Shown here piece after piece: positions 39,241 through 52,517 of a stretch of DNA of 64,000 nucleotides. The position numbers and the translations under genes were made by a program. The stretch is from contig JAWMAR010000003.1 of the NCBI GenBank assembly GCA_036785375.1, forward strand, positions 9,734,001 to 9,798,000. The letters run 5' to 3'. The notes beneath the pieces are model-generated. The model did not search any database. It saw nothing but the letters and a program-made list of their open reading frames with translations, and was not told where the DNA came from. The first letter of the stretch is position 1; every line of letters starts with the position of its first letter. The DNA comes from Leucoraja ocellata. Taxonomy: Eukaryota.

Positions 39241-41300
39241 CAAGTTAGAAAAAGCTCTTCCAAACTTACTGTCTGATTGCTGTGAATGCTTTTAGATACC
39301 TTGGATGTGCAGAAATGCAATCACTTTTTTAGATTGACCGGACATTTCTCAGCAACTTTATTCCTCATCTAAAATGCAGAATTCAGGACATCAGCCCAGG
39401 TTCAGGGATATTGTCGACTGCCTCTTTGCAGTGTTGGTGTGAACCATATTGAGCAGGAGTAATTGGAGTTTAAATCTTTAGTGGTTAGGAATAATTCAAA
39501 ATTCAGTGTAGCCTGCCCAAACAAGAATGTTTTAAACCTACCAATTACAATGTGCTATTTTGAAGGTTTAAGACTCATCCATTCATATTATTTGAAAGTA
39601 TAGATTTTGTCATTGCCTTGATCTTTTCCAGGGACGTGGCCAGAACATTTGTAACACCAGGGGCAGAAAGATTCTTTTTCACCCATATTTATGATTCAAT
39701 CTGTTAATTTGAACTATTTTGTGTATTAAATTAGAACATAGTTTTAGGGCCTGTGGACCTAAATGCAGCTCTAATTAACTGGCTCTCCCTGGTAATTTTT
39801 AAATGTTGGAGCAGTGACAAAACCAGTTCCTGGTATGGATCTGCTCGATATTTTGTTTTTAAAGCAGCTGTGCCCCTAGATAAAACAGGCATGTAATATA
39901 AGCACACCAACCACTCAAACATGGAATCCAATTGCCTGGAAATATTTGATGATGGAGCACTAGTACCAGTAGTAATACAAACCATGGAAAGATGCTCATA
40001 TCCCACTCTTTTCTTGGTCATGAACATGACTGTCTATATTTATAGTACATTGAATTAATTGGCTTATTGTCCACTGTGTTGGTGTTAGTGAGTTGTTTGT
40101 TTGGCTATGGATGGCAAAGTAACATAACAGATCAAAATTATAAATAATTAAAATCTCCAAATTTGTAAGAATTAACTGAAGCGAAAAAAAACTAAAATGG
40201 TACTCATTCTTGCAATCTAAATATTAAGACTAATGGAAAAGTCTTAATAGATGATAACTTCACCTATAAAGAGAATTCTGAATCTTGTCTTGTTCTGATT
40301 CCACAATTTTGAGTGATATGTCTTAATATCTATTGCTCACTTATTAGCTTGCCAATTTTTAACAAAATAAACTTTAGTATGAAATCTATACAAATATTGC
40401 AACAAAATCGATGAAATCCATACCTATTCCATAGTTATTAGCACACCATAGAATATAATCTGCTTAAGGTATAAAGAAGAATATAGAATATGCAGCACAA
40501 AATTCAAATTGGCAACACCTGTCTTTTGGACTGACGCTTCCAAAGTATCACCATGTCCATATGTTTATTTGTGATGTGAATTGTTTTGAACGTCATGCCA
40601 GTAAGGGTATTGATGTGCATGCAGTGAATGTCACTGCAAACAGGTCGTAATGTCAGTCATCATGCATCACTGATTTGATGGCGTTTTTGAGGTCTGCCAT
40701 CAATGCTATTGGCCCGAATCATTATTGACATACATTACTTTGGTTATAAGGGCTGTTTGTGTGATTTTCACTAGTGTTCGGTGCTTTCTCTGGTCATATT
40801 GCAGGTTTCTAACTTCAAGCCTTTTTGCCCAAAATGATCGTGCATTATGGCCAATCAGTGTCTTACGGAAACTGTTGCTCTGAATCCTGATGATTTCATC
40901 ACCAGCCATTATAAGTTGACCTTCTCCAAGACATGGAAGACTGATAAATGGAATTAGTATAGGTTTATGTTTATTATTGTTATATGTTCCATGGTTCCAA
41001 TGCTTTGTCTTGCATGCTCTCCAATCTGATCAGATAATACTGTACATAAATACAATCAATTCAAATGCAAGTATGATAGAGAGACCAAAGGAGACGATAA
41101 AAAGTGCTGACAAGTCTTGGATTATTTTGGCTGCTATTCTGGGGCAATGTGAGGTGTCGATCTAGTCAATGGTAGGGAGTCTGGTGTGTGTGGTGGACTG
41201 GTCTACATCCCCAACTCTCTGCAATTTCTTGCAGTCTTGGGCAAAGCTGTTCCCAAACCAAACTGCGATGCAACCTGACAGTATGCCTTCTTTGGTACAC

Positions 41301-41372
41301 ATAACCATATAACCATATAACAACTACAGCACGGAAACAGGCCATCTCGGCCCTACAAGTCCGTGCCGAACA
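41301..41372 (-). mobile_element. Young CR1 3' tail inserted in an old minus-strand Rex1 relic (~40965-41530)
   Basis: ataaccatataaccatataacaactacagcacggaaacaggccatctcggccctacaagtccgtgccgaaca; 1 mismatch to the tail at 52923. Confidence 0.85.
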
Positions 41373-43558
41373 TCTGTAGAAGTTTGTAATAGTATTTGGA
41401 GATGTGCAGAATTTCCTCAGTCTCCTGAGGAAGTAGAGGCATTGGTGTGCCTTCTTCGCTTTCGCTTCAAAGTGGTTGGTTCATGACATATCCTCTGTAA
41501 TATAAATGTCAAGGAACTTGAAGCTCAACCATTTCCATTTGGGTAATGCACTGTGCACTTGGTTGGCAAGAAGAAACTGTCTTCATGTTTCTATGATTCT
41601 ACCCTCCCTACCCTTTAAAGCTCTGCTGATCATATCCTGGCATTATAAAATAGTTACAGCGCAGCAGACGTTCATTTTGCCCTTTGATTTCATGCCAGTT
41701 CCGTGCAGAGTATTCCAGTCTGTTCCATTCTTCAGCTCCTTCCCTGTGGTCCTATGAATTGTCCATTTCCCTTTTTGATAGCCCCAATTGACTCAGTTCC
41801 TACTGTGCCTGCAAACAATGAATTCCACATGTTAACCATCAGTGTAAACTAAAAAAAGATTGCATGCGTTTATAGTCTCAGAACCAGTAATTTTCAATGC
41901 ATCTCATCTCTTCTTAGATCTCCTCCTAGCCTTCACCATTCCAGAGCAAACAACACCACTTCCTCTAGTTTAATCTTATATCCAAAACCCTTAATTTCAT
42001 GACCTACCCCAGTTAATCTTTTCTGCATGTGCTCTAGGACCATGACATCCTTCATTGATTGATCAGAATTACACAATCGCATTTACCCTTGATCTTTGTA
42101 ATGATTATTAAATATTGTCTCCATCTGATCAATGCCTCTATTTTTAAATCTCAAACTTGTTTTCAAATCTCTCCATGCTTTTGACAAGCACTACTCCAAT
42201 AGCCTGGCAAACCCTCCAATTTATTTTGCTGTAATCTTTCATGGCCATTCACCCACTAGACATTCCTTTCTCCATAATCTTTATTAATCCACTGTTTGGC
42301 TGCTAAGAGGTGTAAAATTCTCTCTCTGAAACAAACACCTTAAACATGTTTACTCCTTTCAATATAATATCTATCTCTTTCATCAAGTTTGATTTAAACT
42401 TATCCACCCTGCTCTCTCTGAAGCATGGTGTCAAATTTTGGACGTGCTCTTTTGAAACGCCTTGGGATATTTGTACTATTTTTTTAAATTCTGTGGTTGT
42501 AAAATTAGGTGTAACAAACCAGAATTTCAACAGTTAGCTAGGCATCCCACTAAAAGTACAAAGTCTGAAAATGAATGCATCTGGAACTAGCTGGTGTTTA
42601 CATTCCACTCTGAGGAAGGGCTGAACTTAGTTGCACAGATTTTTAGTTGCACAATATAGCAGTGTTCCTTACACCCTGAAACTCAGAATGAAGATGATCC
42701 TACCTGTGCTCAAATAATTTGAATGCAAATGCAAAATGCAAAATGCATGCAGGAATAATTTGGATGCTTGGTATGCTAAATTCTTTATAATTGTGTTGTA
42801 CTACGGGATAATTCCAAACCGTCACAAATTGGGAACGCATGTGGAGGAGATGGATTACTTGTTGCAACCTAGACATCCCCCTTTTTCCCCAAGATGAAGT
42901 TAACCAGGTAACTCACAGTGAACTAGTAACTTCAAATGCATTTCCTATCTTCTGGTAATTTGACTCTCCTTAGCTTCCCACCAGCACTGACCGTCATGTT
43001 ACATACTCTAATGCAAATCACATAGTGTTGTGCATAAAATTAGAATAATTAGTCTTGTGCATTTCCATAACGTTTTTTTTTCAGATTGCTTTTGCTTATG
43101 CAAATACTCATGTGACGTGCACTACAGCTGAAGTAAGCTGTTTAATTGCAGTGGAGGAGGCATTAAATGGCCTCGGAGTAGTGAGCTTGAGAATCAGCAC
43201 CATGGAGTCTTGGCTTCATTATTTACCAACTCCATGCGGGATAATAATCTGTATTGACCGGCTAATGTCCAATAGCAAGGGTAGTAGCGAAGTAATGCTT
43301 TCGTGAGTCTGTAAGATGTTGTATGAAAGAAGACAGTAGGCTTGTGCTCCAATAATCTACTAGCCCCTCAGATTGTGCTCCTTCATCAGGAATTGTAAAG
43401 TGTTGAAGAACATTTTTCTGGTTTGCTGTAATGGCCTGAAAATTATTTTTGCACGATGTACTCTAACATATATCTAAGTTTACACTGAAACATTAAGGCA
43501 CTGGGTACTTAACTTGCAATGGGAGCTGAATGATTTGGCCATCGGGTACTGCATGAAG

Positions 43559-43649
43559 GTAGACACAAAATGCTGGAGAAACTCAGCGGGTGAGGCAGCA
43601 TTTATGCAGAGAAGGAATTGTCGACATTTCAGGTCGAGACCCTTCTTCA
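43559..43649 (-). mobile_element. Penelope pLTR fragment with hammerhead-like motif
   Basis: Reverse complement: tgaagaagggtctcgacctgaaatgtc...ccgctgagtttctccagcattttgtgtctac; first C of CUGA absent. Confidence 0.8.
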
Positions 43650-44005
43650 TGAAGCCTAGTTCTGCAAGTGTATAGGAGTTGCAAATGGTAGACTGCTGAG
43701 CCAAATAGATGAAGTGCTCAACATTTCTGGCAGCATGTCTAATGCGCCAGGTAATTCAATGTGTGAATGAAACAGCTTTGCTTGTGTACCTCATATACAT
43801 TCTTATCCGATTCCTCTTCAGCAGTACTGAGTGTCCATATCCTGCATTGAATTGGTGTAATTGCTCTCTTCTGCTCCGAATGAAGTGCAGTTGTGCTTGT
43901 TATCTCAATGTGTGCACTTTTTGCCATCTGTGAATCTTAAAGTGAAAGTTGCTATTTTGGGGTATATGAGGAGAAAAATGTTTAAAGGTTGAGCTATGAG
44001 GGATG

Positions 44006-45185
44006 ATGGACAACAAAAACTCATATGTCAGGCTGTTATTCATTGATTACAGCTCGGCATTTAACGCAATCATCCCCTTCAAGCTGGTTACCAAACTCGC
44101 AGAACTGGGACTCTGTGCATCCCTATGCAATTGGATCCTCATTCACAGACCACAGTCTGTTCGTATTGGTGGAAATGTGTCAGCCTCGATAACAATCAGC
44201 ACGGGAGCACCTCAAGGCTGCGTGCTCAGCGCCCTGCTGTACTCACTCTATACTCATGACTGCATAGCCAACCACAGTGCGAACTCCATCATCAAGTTCG
44301 CTGACGACACCACTGTTGTGGGACATATCACTGATGGGGATGAGTCAGAGTATAGAAGAGAGATCGAGCGACTGTCCATATGGTGCCAGCACAATAACCT
44401 GGCCCTCAACACCAGCAAAACCAAGGAACTGATTGTGGACTTTGGAAGGAGTAGGATGGGGACCCACAGTCCCATTTATATCAACGGGTCGATGGTTGAA
44501 AGGGTCAAGAGCTTCAAATTCCTGGGCGTGCACATCTCTGAAGATCTTTCCTGGTCCGAGAACATTAATGCAATTATTAAGAAAGCACATCAGCGCCTCT
44601 ACTTCCTGAGAAGATTACGGAGAGTCGGTTTGTCAAGGAGGACTCTCTAACTTCTCCAGGTGCACAGTAGAGAGCATGCTGACCGGTTGCACTGTGGCTT
44701 GGTTCGGCAACTTGAGCGCCCTGGAGAGGAAAAGATGTCAAAAAGTAGTAAACACTGCCCAGTCCATCATCGGTTCTGACCTCCCTTCCATCGAGGGGAT
44801 CTATCTTAGTTGCTGCCTCAAAAAGGATAACAGTATCATCAAGGACCAACACCATCCTGGCCACAGACTCATCTCCCTGATACCTTCAGGTAGACGGTAC
44901 AGGAGCCTGAAGAGTGCAACGACCAGGTTCAGGAATAGCTACCTCCCCACAGCCATCAGGTTATTAAACTTGGCTCGGACAAAACTCTGAACATTAATAG
45001 CTCATTATCTGTTATTTGCACTTTATCCGTTTATTTATTCATGTGTGTATATATTTATATAATGGTATATGGGCACACTGATCTGTTCTGTAGTAAATGC
45101 CTACTATGTTCTGTTGTGCTGAAGCAAAGCAAGAATTTCATTGTCCTATCAGGGACACGTGACAATAAACTCTCTTAAATCTTGT
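44006..45185 (+). mobile_element. Rex1/Babar LINE, 5'-truncated
   Basis: [59 protein letters not shown]; tail gtgacaataaactctctt. Confidence 0.95.
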
Positions 45186-46801
45186 CTAAAGAGGTGAGGG
45201 GGAAGGGCGGGCAAGCACTGTTAAGCTAAAGGATCCAGATGAGAAGGTTTTTATTGGCAAGTTGAGTCAGGTGGAGGTGGAAAGGTTTGAGACAGTGACA
45301 GAGGCTGAGAGGTGGTAGGTGGAGAAAACAAAGGTTTCTGATTGTAGAATCTGAGTAGAAAGGGATAGTGGAATCAAATATGGCAGAAATGAGAATAGAG
45401 AGGGGACGGGATAGGGAACCTTCCCAAAGTGTGAAAGTGATGGGAAGAAGGGATACACGAGGGAGTGAAAAAGACCTGGGTGATAGAGAGGTGGTGGGAA
45501 GGTCCTGAGTTTAGCTCGGGGAACAAATGAGTGAACCTTGGCTGAACTGCCTCCAAAATAACTATGTTCCTCCTTAACAATGGAAACTGTCATTGTTTGG
45601 GTACTCCAGTTGTGATCTCACCAAACATTCTGGTTTATTTGCTAAATTCCCTTTGAAATAAAGGCCAACTTTCCCTCTCTGTAGCAACATTCTGAAATCT
45701 CTGTCCAGAGAAAAAGAATATTCTGTCTTCCCATTGTCCCCATGATCACCAATGTTGTCGTTTATCTTCCAGATGTGTGTCCTATCTCCCCAACCATCTA
45801 TATATCGTTGCAGACTTTGTCATGCTAGCAAGTTGCATTTTACGATGTCTTCAGTAAATATTGCTATAATGCACTCAATCCCTTGGTTGAAGTAATTAAC
45901 AAAGATTGTAAATAGTACAGTATCTAGCATTGATCTCAGCAACAACCCACTAAATCATACCATGCAGGTTGGAAAATTACCATTTATTCCAACTTTCTGT
46001 TTTTGCAAGATCCTTTACCTATGCTAATATAGTAGCCCTAGTGCCACGTTCTTAGACGGTACAATAACCATTTACAGGGCACCTCATCAAATACCTTCTG
46101 GAAAAATCCAAGTACACTGCACAGCTTTTTTTATCCACACGGCTCATTAAGTTCTCAGAGAAGTCTGTTTAATTTTGTTCATTGTGATTTTCCTTTTCAT
46201 TAAAACAAGTTGAATCTGCTTGTTTGTATTCTGCTTTTCCAAGTATTCTACAACCCTCAATAATGGATTCCAGCATTTCCCCCTCCAATGATAGAAAAAC
46301 AAAAATAGCTGGAAATATTCAGTGGATCATCTTTGAAGAGAGAAGCAGTTAACATTGCAACTAACTGATCTTTCATAGGAATTGGTAAAGTTACTGAGTG
46401 GCAAGTATAAAGAATTTATTTAATCTTAATATGGCCATCAAAAATTTTACATGGGGCTTTCGCTTTAAACTGGAGAATGAGACTATGTTCGGCACCTGTG
46501 GCAGGGCTATATTGACAACATAATTTCCTACAAGGCAAAACTAGGAGGCAGCTCACTCCCAGCTCACTCCCCAAACCAGGGCAAAGCATCACTCCCAGAT
46601 GAGCTCAATGCATTCTACACACACTTTGATTGGGAGAACACTCTTATATTCCTATATTGTCATTTATAATGGCATTTACAGAGTACTATGTTTACATATC
46701 AGTTGTGCTGTTGCAAGTGAGAATTTAATTGTTCTGTTTCAGGACATGTGGCAATAAAATTCTTTTGACTCTTGAATTGTTTAGATAATTACAACTCGGA
46801 G

Positions 46802-46962
46802 GGAGAGAAGGAGTGGGTGACATTTCCGGTCGAGACCCTTCTTCAGACTCCTCAATGTCACCCATTCCTTCTCTCCAGAGATGCTGCCTGTCTCGCTGAG
46901 TTACTCCAGCATTTTGTGTCTATCTTCGGTTTAAACCAGCATCTGCAGTCCCTTCCTTCACA
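46802..46962. mobile_element. Penelope terminal fragment with inverted 5' segment and hammerhead core
   Basis: Minus-strand agtCTGAAGAagggtctcgaccgGAAAtgTC followed by plus-strand pLTR tail; arms 46802-46824 and 46854-46876 are complementary. Confidence 0.8.
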
Positions 46963-48219
46963 TAAAGGGAGGGAGTTGAAAGAGAGTAGTGGAGAGAAAA
47001 GACTGCAAGGACTGTTGTGCAAAACATAGCATTCCCCCCCCCCCCCCCCCCCCCTCAAACTGAAACAATAACTGTTTATTTTTCCACAGTTGTTGTCTCC
47101 TAACTGGATCTTCACTATCTCCTGATTTGTATTTCAGATTTCCAACGATAGGCTAGTTTACCTCTAGTTTCTTGGTTTCTTTCTTTCCTTTTCTTAAATG
47201 GGGTGATGGTATTTGTTATTTTCAAATTCACTGGAATCTTTTAATCAACCTTGGAATGATCAGAATCTAGAATCTTTGCAGACACTCTTTTGAGATGTCT
47301 GGATGCAGGGCACCAGGATCGGGTAACTTGTCCACCTTTAATCCCATTACTTTGCAAGGTACCATTACTCCACTGAGATTAATTGTTTCAAGTTGCTCCC
47401 TCCTTTTTGTCCCATGTTTTTCTCCCATTATTGGGTTGATATTTGTGAATTGTGGTATTTAGATTCACCAGCCCTGACAGCAAATGGGAAGTAATGGAAC
47501 TCTGAGATATTTTTTTCCTGATTCTCGGGTTTATACTCTTGTCATTTTCATACAGGGATATAACTTTCTCTGCCAGCATGTCTGTTTGGAGAGTCTCCTA
47601 GCCTCATCAGTCTGCCTTTTCCTTCTTCAACCAGGCAACATCTGAAAAATATGGCCAGACATTTCTCTTATTTCCCAAGCCTGATTGAGCTAGAGAATGA
47701 TGCAACGCCTGTTCTAACCATAGTGTATTTGCCCCTCGCAATATGCAGGCAAGCTTTAGGTTGTGCCAGATAGGAAAGAAAGCAAGCCTGCTGCTAATAT
47801 GCGTTGGCTAGCTTTAAGCACTGCAAGTCACTAACAATATTGGGACCCCTGCTGATGTGTCCAGGCAATGAACAGAGCTGTGAGAGCAGGCTGCAGGCAA
47901 CAGTCATTGTAATTAGCATGCAGCATACAGTTGGCACTCTGCCACATTCCACCCAACAGGCTTGGATTAGTCACACATCCAGTCTACCCACCCTTTTTCG
48001 AGGGCTAACCAATTTATAGCCCAGGGTGCCTGATAGCTGACGTAAGATGTACAGCTGAGACATCTTTTCCAATTCCTCATGAGCTGAAAGACACAGAACT
48101 TAACCACATTATAATGTCACTGTTTATTATTCTGGGAATATGCTGATAATAGTCATTTGATGCTTTGAATATTAACAGTGAGCTCCTTTGTTATTACACC
48201 CACATCCGCCTCCCACCGC

Positions 48220-48515
48220 AGGGCATCACAGTGGTGCAATGGTAGAGTTGCTACCTGACAGCGTCATAGACCTCAGTTTGATCCTGACCTTGGATGCTTT
48301 GTGTGTGGAGTTTTTATGTTCTCCCTGTGACCGACCGCATGGATTTTCTCCAGGTGCTCTGGTTTCCTCCCATATTACAAAGACATGCAGGTTTGTAGGT
48401 TAATTCGCTTCTGTAAATTGTCCCTCGTGTGTAGGATAGAACTTGAGTATGGGTGATCGCTAGTCGGCACTGACTAGGTGGGTCGAAGAGTCTATGTCCA
48501 TGCTGTATCTCTAAA
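48220..48515 (+). mobile_element. HE1/V-SINE-like SINE
   Basis: tRNA-like head cagtggtgcaatggtagagttgct...tttgatcctgac, conserved body, tail ccatgctgtatctctaaa. Confidence 0.88.
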
Positions 48516-49030
48516 ATGAAGCCCAATACGTTCATGAGAATAATAAGTAAATAAGTAATTGCTTGAAACTCCTTTTGGGGTTTTGTTTGAAATACATAAT
48601 AAAAAAGAAATTGTTGGATTTATTTCACTTATTGAAGCAATATTTGTGATAATTCAGTTCATTGAGATTCATAATATTAATATGCATATTTCATTATTGC
48701 AATTTTACGGAAGTATGTTCCTTTTAATTTCTTTATCATGGTTGATGGAACAGTTGCTGTACATTAATTCCATTAGATATTACATTTGGCCTTTAAAAAT
48801 TACATTAAGGAAAGGAAAGAACATTTGATAAGGATGAAAAATATGCCCAGCTGGATTGTGTCCATTGGTGTCCACCAACATTGCTCATACCTGATTCTCA
48901 ATGGAATTGTGGCTGGCACTTCAGTTGCATGTGTGGGTTGCTCACTTTGGTTATCCCACTGGATATATATGCTTCATGAACAGTACGTTTATTTAATCCC
49001 CCTTATGGTGAATACTTAAAAAACATATAT

Positions 49031-49149
49031 ATGTGTAGGAAGGAACTGCAGATGCTGGTTTACACCATTTTCGGTCGTCACCCACTCCTCCTCTCCAGAG
49101 ATGCTGCCTGGCCCGTTGAGTAACTCTAGCATTTTGTGTCTATCTTTGA
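49031..49149. mobile_element. Penelope tail fragments in inverted orientation
   Basis: tgtaggaaggaactgcagatgctggttta (minus) joined to gtcacccactcc...gatgctgcctggcccgttgagtaactctagcattttgtgtc (plus). Confidence 0.7.
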
Positions 49150-49539
49150 TTTTATGTGGTTTGGGTCCCTCATTTGGGCCTATGAGAATCCCCACTCATA
49201 ATATTGCCCAACACAAGAAAGTTGCATCCTTTCTGAAGCCTTGGAATATGTCACGACTGAGGGAGTCAATGCTTCCCTCTCTTCACCTTGATTATCATTT
49301 GCTTCATATCAGATGGGCAGAAATTATATTGATTTCAAAACGACCATGAGGTTATCACAAATTAAGATACCCTGGTATAATCCAAATGTTGTCTCCTTAC
49401 CCACGGAAAGATATACTTGTAATGCTTGGAATACTTAGAAAAGGCATGCAGTCTGATTTCTAGAATGGCAGAACTATCATATGAGGAGTGATTCGGTCAA
49501 CTCGGTTTATATTCACCTGAGTTTGTAAGAATGTAAGAG

Positions 49540-50100
49540 GTTAACGGAATCAAGGGATATGGGGAGATAACAGGAACGGGGTACTGATTTAGGATGATCA
49601 GCCAAGATCATATTGAATGGCGGTGCTGGCACGAAGGGCCGAATGGCCTACTCCTGCACCTATTTTCTATGTTTCTAATAGGGGATCTAAACTTGTGGCT
49701 GGGCGCGACAGACTGGATGCAGAACGGATCTTTCTTCAGACTGGGCGATCTTGAGTGAGAGGTCATGGTCTCAGGATATTCGGCAAGATATTTAGAAATA
49801 AAATATTTCCAGAAGCGATTTCTTTACTCTGAGGGCAGAGCCTGTGGACATTTGTTCCAACAAGGTCAAGTTGCTGAATTTATTTGAGGAGGTAGTTAAA
49901 TTTTTAGATGCAAAAGGCTTTGTAGAGAGAGCAGAAATGTGGTATAGAAACATAGAAAAATAGGTGTAGGAGTAGGCCATTTGGCCCTTCGAGCCAGCAC
50001 CGCCATTCAATATGATCATGGCTGATCATCTAAAATCAGTACCCCATTCCTGCTTTGTCTACATATCCCATGATTCCTTTAGCCCTAGGAGCTAAATTTA
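49540..50100. repeat. Two inverted young CR1 3' ends (49540-49677 +, 49945-50100 -) nested in an older CR1
   Basis: ~135 bp of mutual reverse complementarity; both carry the (tttctatg) tail. Confidence 0.85.
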
Positions 50101-51160
50101 GGTTTTGAGGTAGATTATCAGCCATGATCGTACTGAATGGGGGAGACAGTTTGACTTAGTTTATTATTGTCACGTGTACCGAGGTACAATGAAAAGATTT
50201 TTGTTTGAAGGTTGTTTGAAAGGCCAACACCCACAGCCTCAGCTGGGGGAAACTTCGGGTCCATGGGCCATTTGAAGATGTGACCACGTACAGAGATGTA
50301 TTCAGAAATTTGTTTCTATGTTATATGTGATTTGCCCTTCGCAGGTTCTTGTGAAAGAAAATTATTTTGATGTAGGTAGTTGCTATACTGTTTAATTAAC
50401 TTTAGGAAGTTGTGTCAAGGCATTTCTAAATTTGAAGAAACTCCATATAAATAAAAAGATAATATTAAGTATTTTTCTGAAAAAACATTAATTAATGCAC
50501 GGAAAGCTGGCGGAAAACACAGATGTGTGTGTGTGAACTATAAGATGTAAATACAGTGCGTATTGTGGTCTAGGAAGTGATAACTATGACAGGAGGGCTA
50601 TGTTTGCAAAATTTTCTGAATCCAGAACCAGCTTGCCCACATAACAACTTTGAGGTTGCTTCAAAGTAACTCATTGTTAATTGTTTCGGAGAGATTTGAT
50701 AAGGTGCCATTTGAATTATGCCAATGTTTCTTTTAGTTTAACTGCATGAGTTTGCAAAGGTCAATAAAATTTCCGTGTTTTTCTCATTTTTCTTTTTACT
50801 TTTAGGTTATACATTTGTTTAAGTTGTATTTCTGAGGACGTTGACAATCTGCTTCATTAATATCTCAACCTAAGTTCATTTTGTAAATTGACTTCAAGTG
50901 GTCTGAACAATTATGAGTAAGAATGCCACATCTACTCACTGTTCATAAACTGCCAAAACAGTGGTAGTCTATTGCTTCTGCTGAACAAAAAAACCTCTGC
51001 CATAAACTTCAGCAGTCCTTCATGATTTGTTGCTTCTCTGAGTTTTATAAATTCAGATGACTGATGAGGCCAATGTAGGATGGTCCAAGGGATGTCTGAC
51101 AAGGACAAAGGACATTTATTGTCACATACACCATTTCTCCACCAAGCACCTGGAGCCTGC

Positions 51161-51201
51161 CCTTAAAGGGGAAGTCCTTAAAGGGGAAGTCCTTAAAGGG
51201 G
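51161..51201 (+). repeat. 15-bp tandem repeat (ccttaaaggggaagt) x2.7
   Basis: Directly visible. Confidence 0.9.
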
Positions 51202-51269
51202 AGTGGTGCTTTTACCACCAGCGTTGGGGCTCGGCGGCTCGCCGATGCCGCCCACCCAGTGCGTTTCCG

Positions 51270-52294
51270 GGGTGCCGTCGGAGCTGAGGTCAGCAATGGC
51301 TCACCTGTTGGAGGCTCAGCTCCACCACTCAACGGCCTATCACCCCCAGTCGAATGGGTTGGTGGAACGTTTCCACCGCTGGCTTAAGGACGCTTTGAAG
51401 ACTCGCCTCACTGGTCCCGGTTGGATGGATGAGTTGCCGTGGGTCCTGCTGGGGATTCGCACTGCCCCAAAAGGGGACTTACATGCATCATCAGCCGAGT
51501 TGGTTTACGGCGTTCCACTTACCGTGCCCGGGGAGATGACGGCCCCTGAAGAGTCACCGTCATCCATGTTGGTCTGACTGCGGGAGGGTAGGCGCCCTGT
51601 CTCCTGTCCCAACATCTCGGCATGGTGTCTCCCCATCTCATGTGCCGCCGGCTCTTGCAGACTATCAGTATGTCTTCCTCCGCTGCGACGCCCACAGGTC
51701 ACCCTTACAGCGCCATTATGAAGGTCCTTTTCGGTTGCTACAGCACGGGCCCACGACCTTTGATGTGGACATGGGGGATCGGGGAGAAACCGTGCCGGTG
51801 GCTCGTTTGAAGCTGGCCCATTTGGACATGAGCGATCCAATCCAGGTGGCCCAGCCACCAACATCTCGGGTCCCACCTATTTCGTCCTTACCAGAAAATG
51901 GTAAGGTAAATTTGCATAGGGACGTACGTACGAGGTCTGGCCACCTCGTTTGGCTGCCCGTCCATTTTTGTGCCTCCGGTTCGGGGGGGGGGGGGGGGGG
52001 GTAATATGGTGGGCCATGCACTGTACATAACCTTCGGCTCTGGGGGGGGGGGGGGGGGGGGGGGGGGGGTAATATGGTGGGCCATGCACTGTACATAACC
52101 TTCGGCTCTGGGGGGGGGGGGGGGGTTCACGTGGCCCGGTGACGAGAGGTGGTTTCTCCTGGGGAATATTTAAGGGTTAAATACGGACACGGGGTTGGTG
52201 AGTGAGGAGAATTAGTGTAGTATTAATGAACAAGAATTTTGGAGAAACTACGTGTCTGCTTCATTCTGTAACGGACAACACCTCGTCCGCTACA
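51270..52294 (+). mobile_element. 5'-truncated Gypsy element: integrase C-terminal half, G-rich PPT, 3' LTR
   Basis: TAYHPQSNGLVERFHR..LPWVLLGIRTAPK..SSAELVYG; YEGPFRLL (GPY/F); VRTRSG; poly-G tract; LTR-like segment ending ccgctaca. Confidence 0.85.
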
Positions 52295-52517
52295 CTATCA
52301 ATATTTATCTTATCAGTTAGCTCTTTTATTTAAGGATTAGGATATATGCATAATCATTGAATCTGTTGGAAAAAAAAGTCCTATTTTGTTTTATTGCATG
52401 TATATTATTTCTTAGGATATTTGATTGGTTTTAACTCAGTAGATGCATTGTCACCTTTATAATATAGCTGTATCCCAAATTGCAGCACATTATCGGACTC
52501 ATATTTCAATACAGGAC

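Noticed and set aside
51161-52125. Short repeats superficially like a CRISPR array
   Set aside because: No unique spacers, eukaryotic context; simple tandem duplications within or beside a Gypsy relic.
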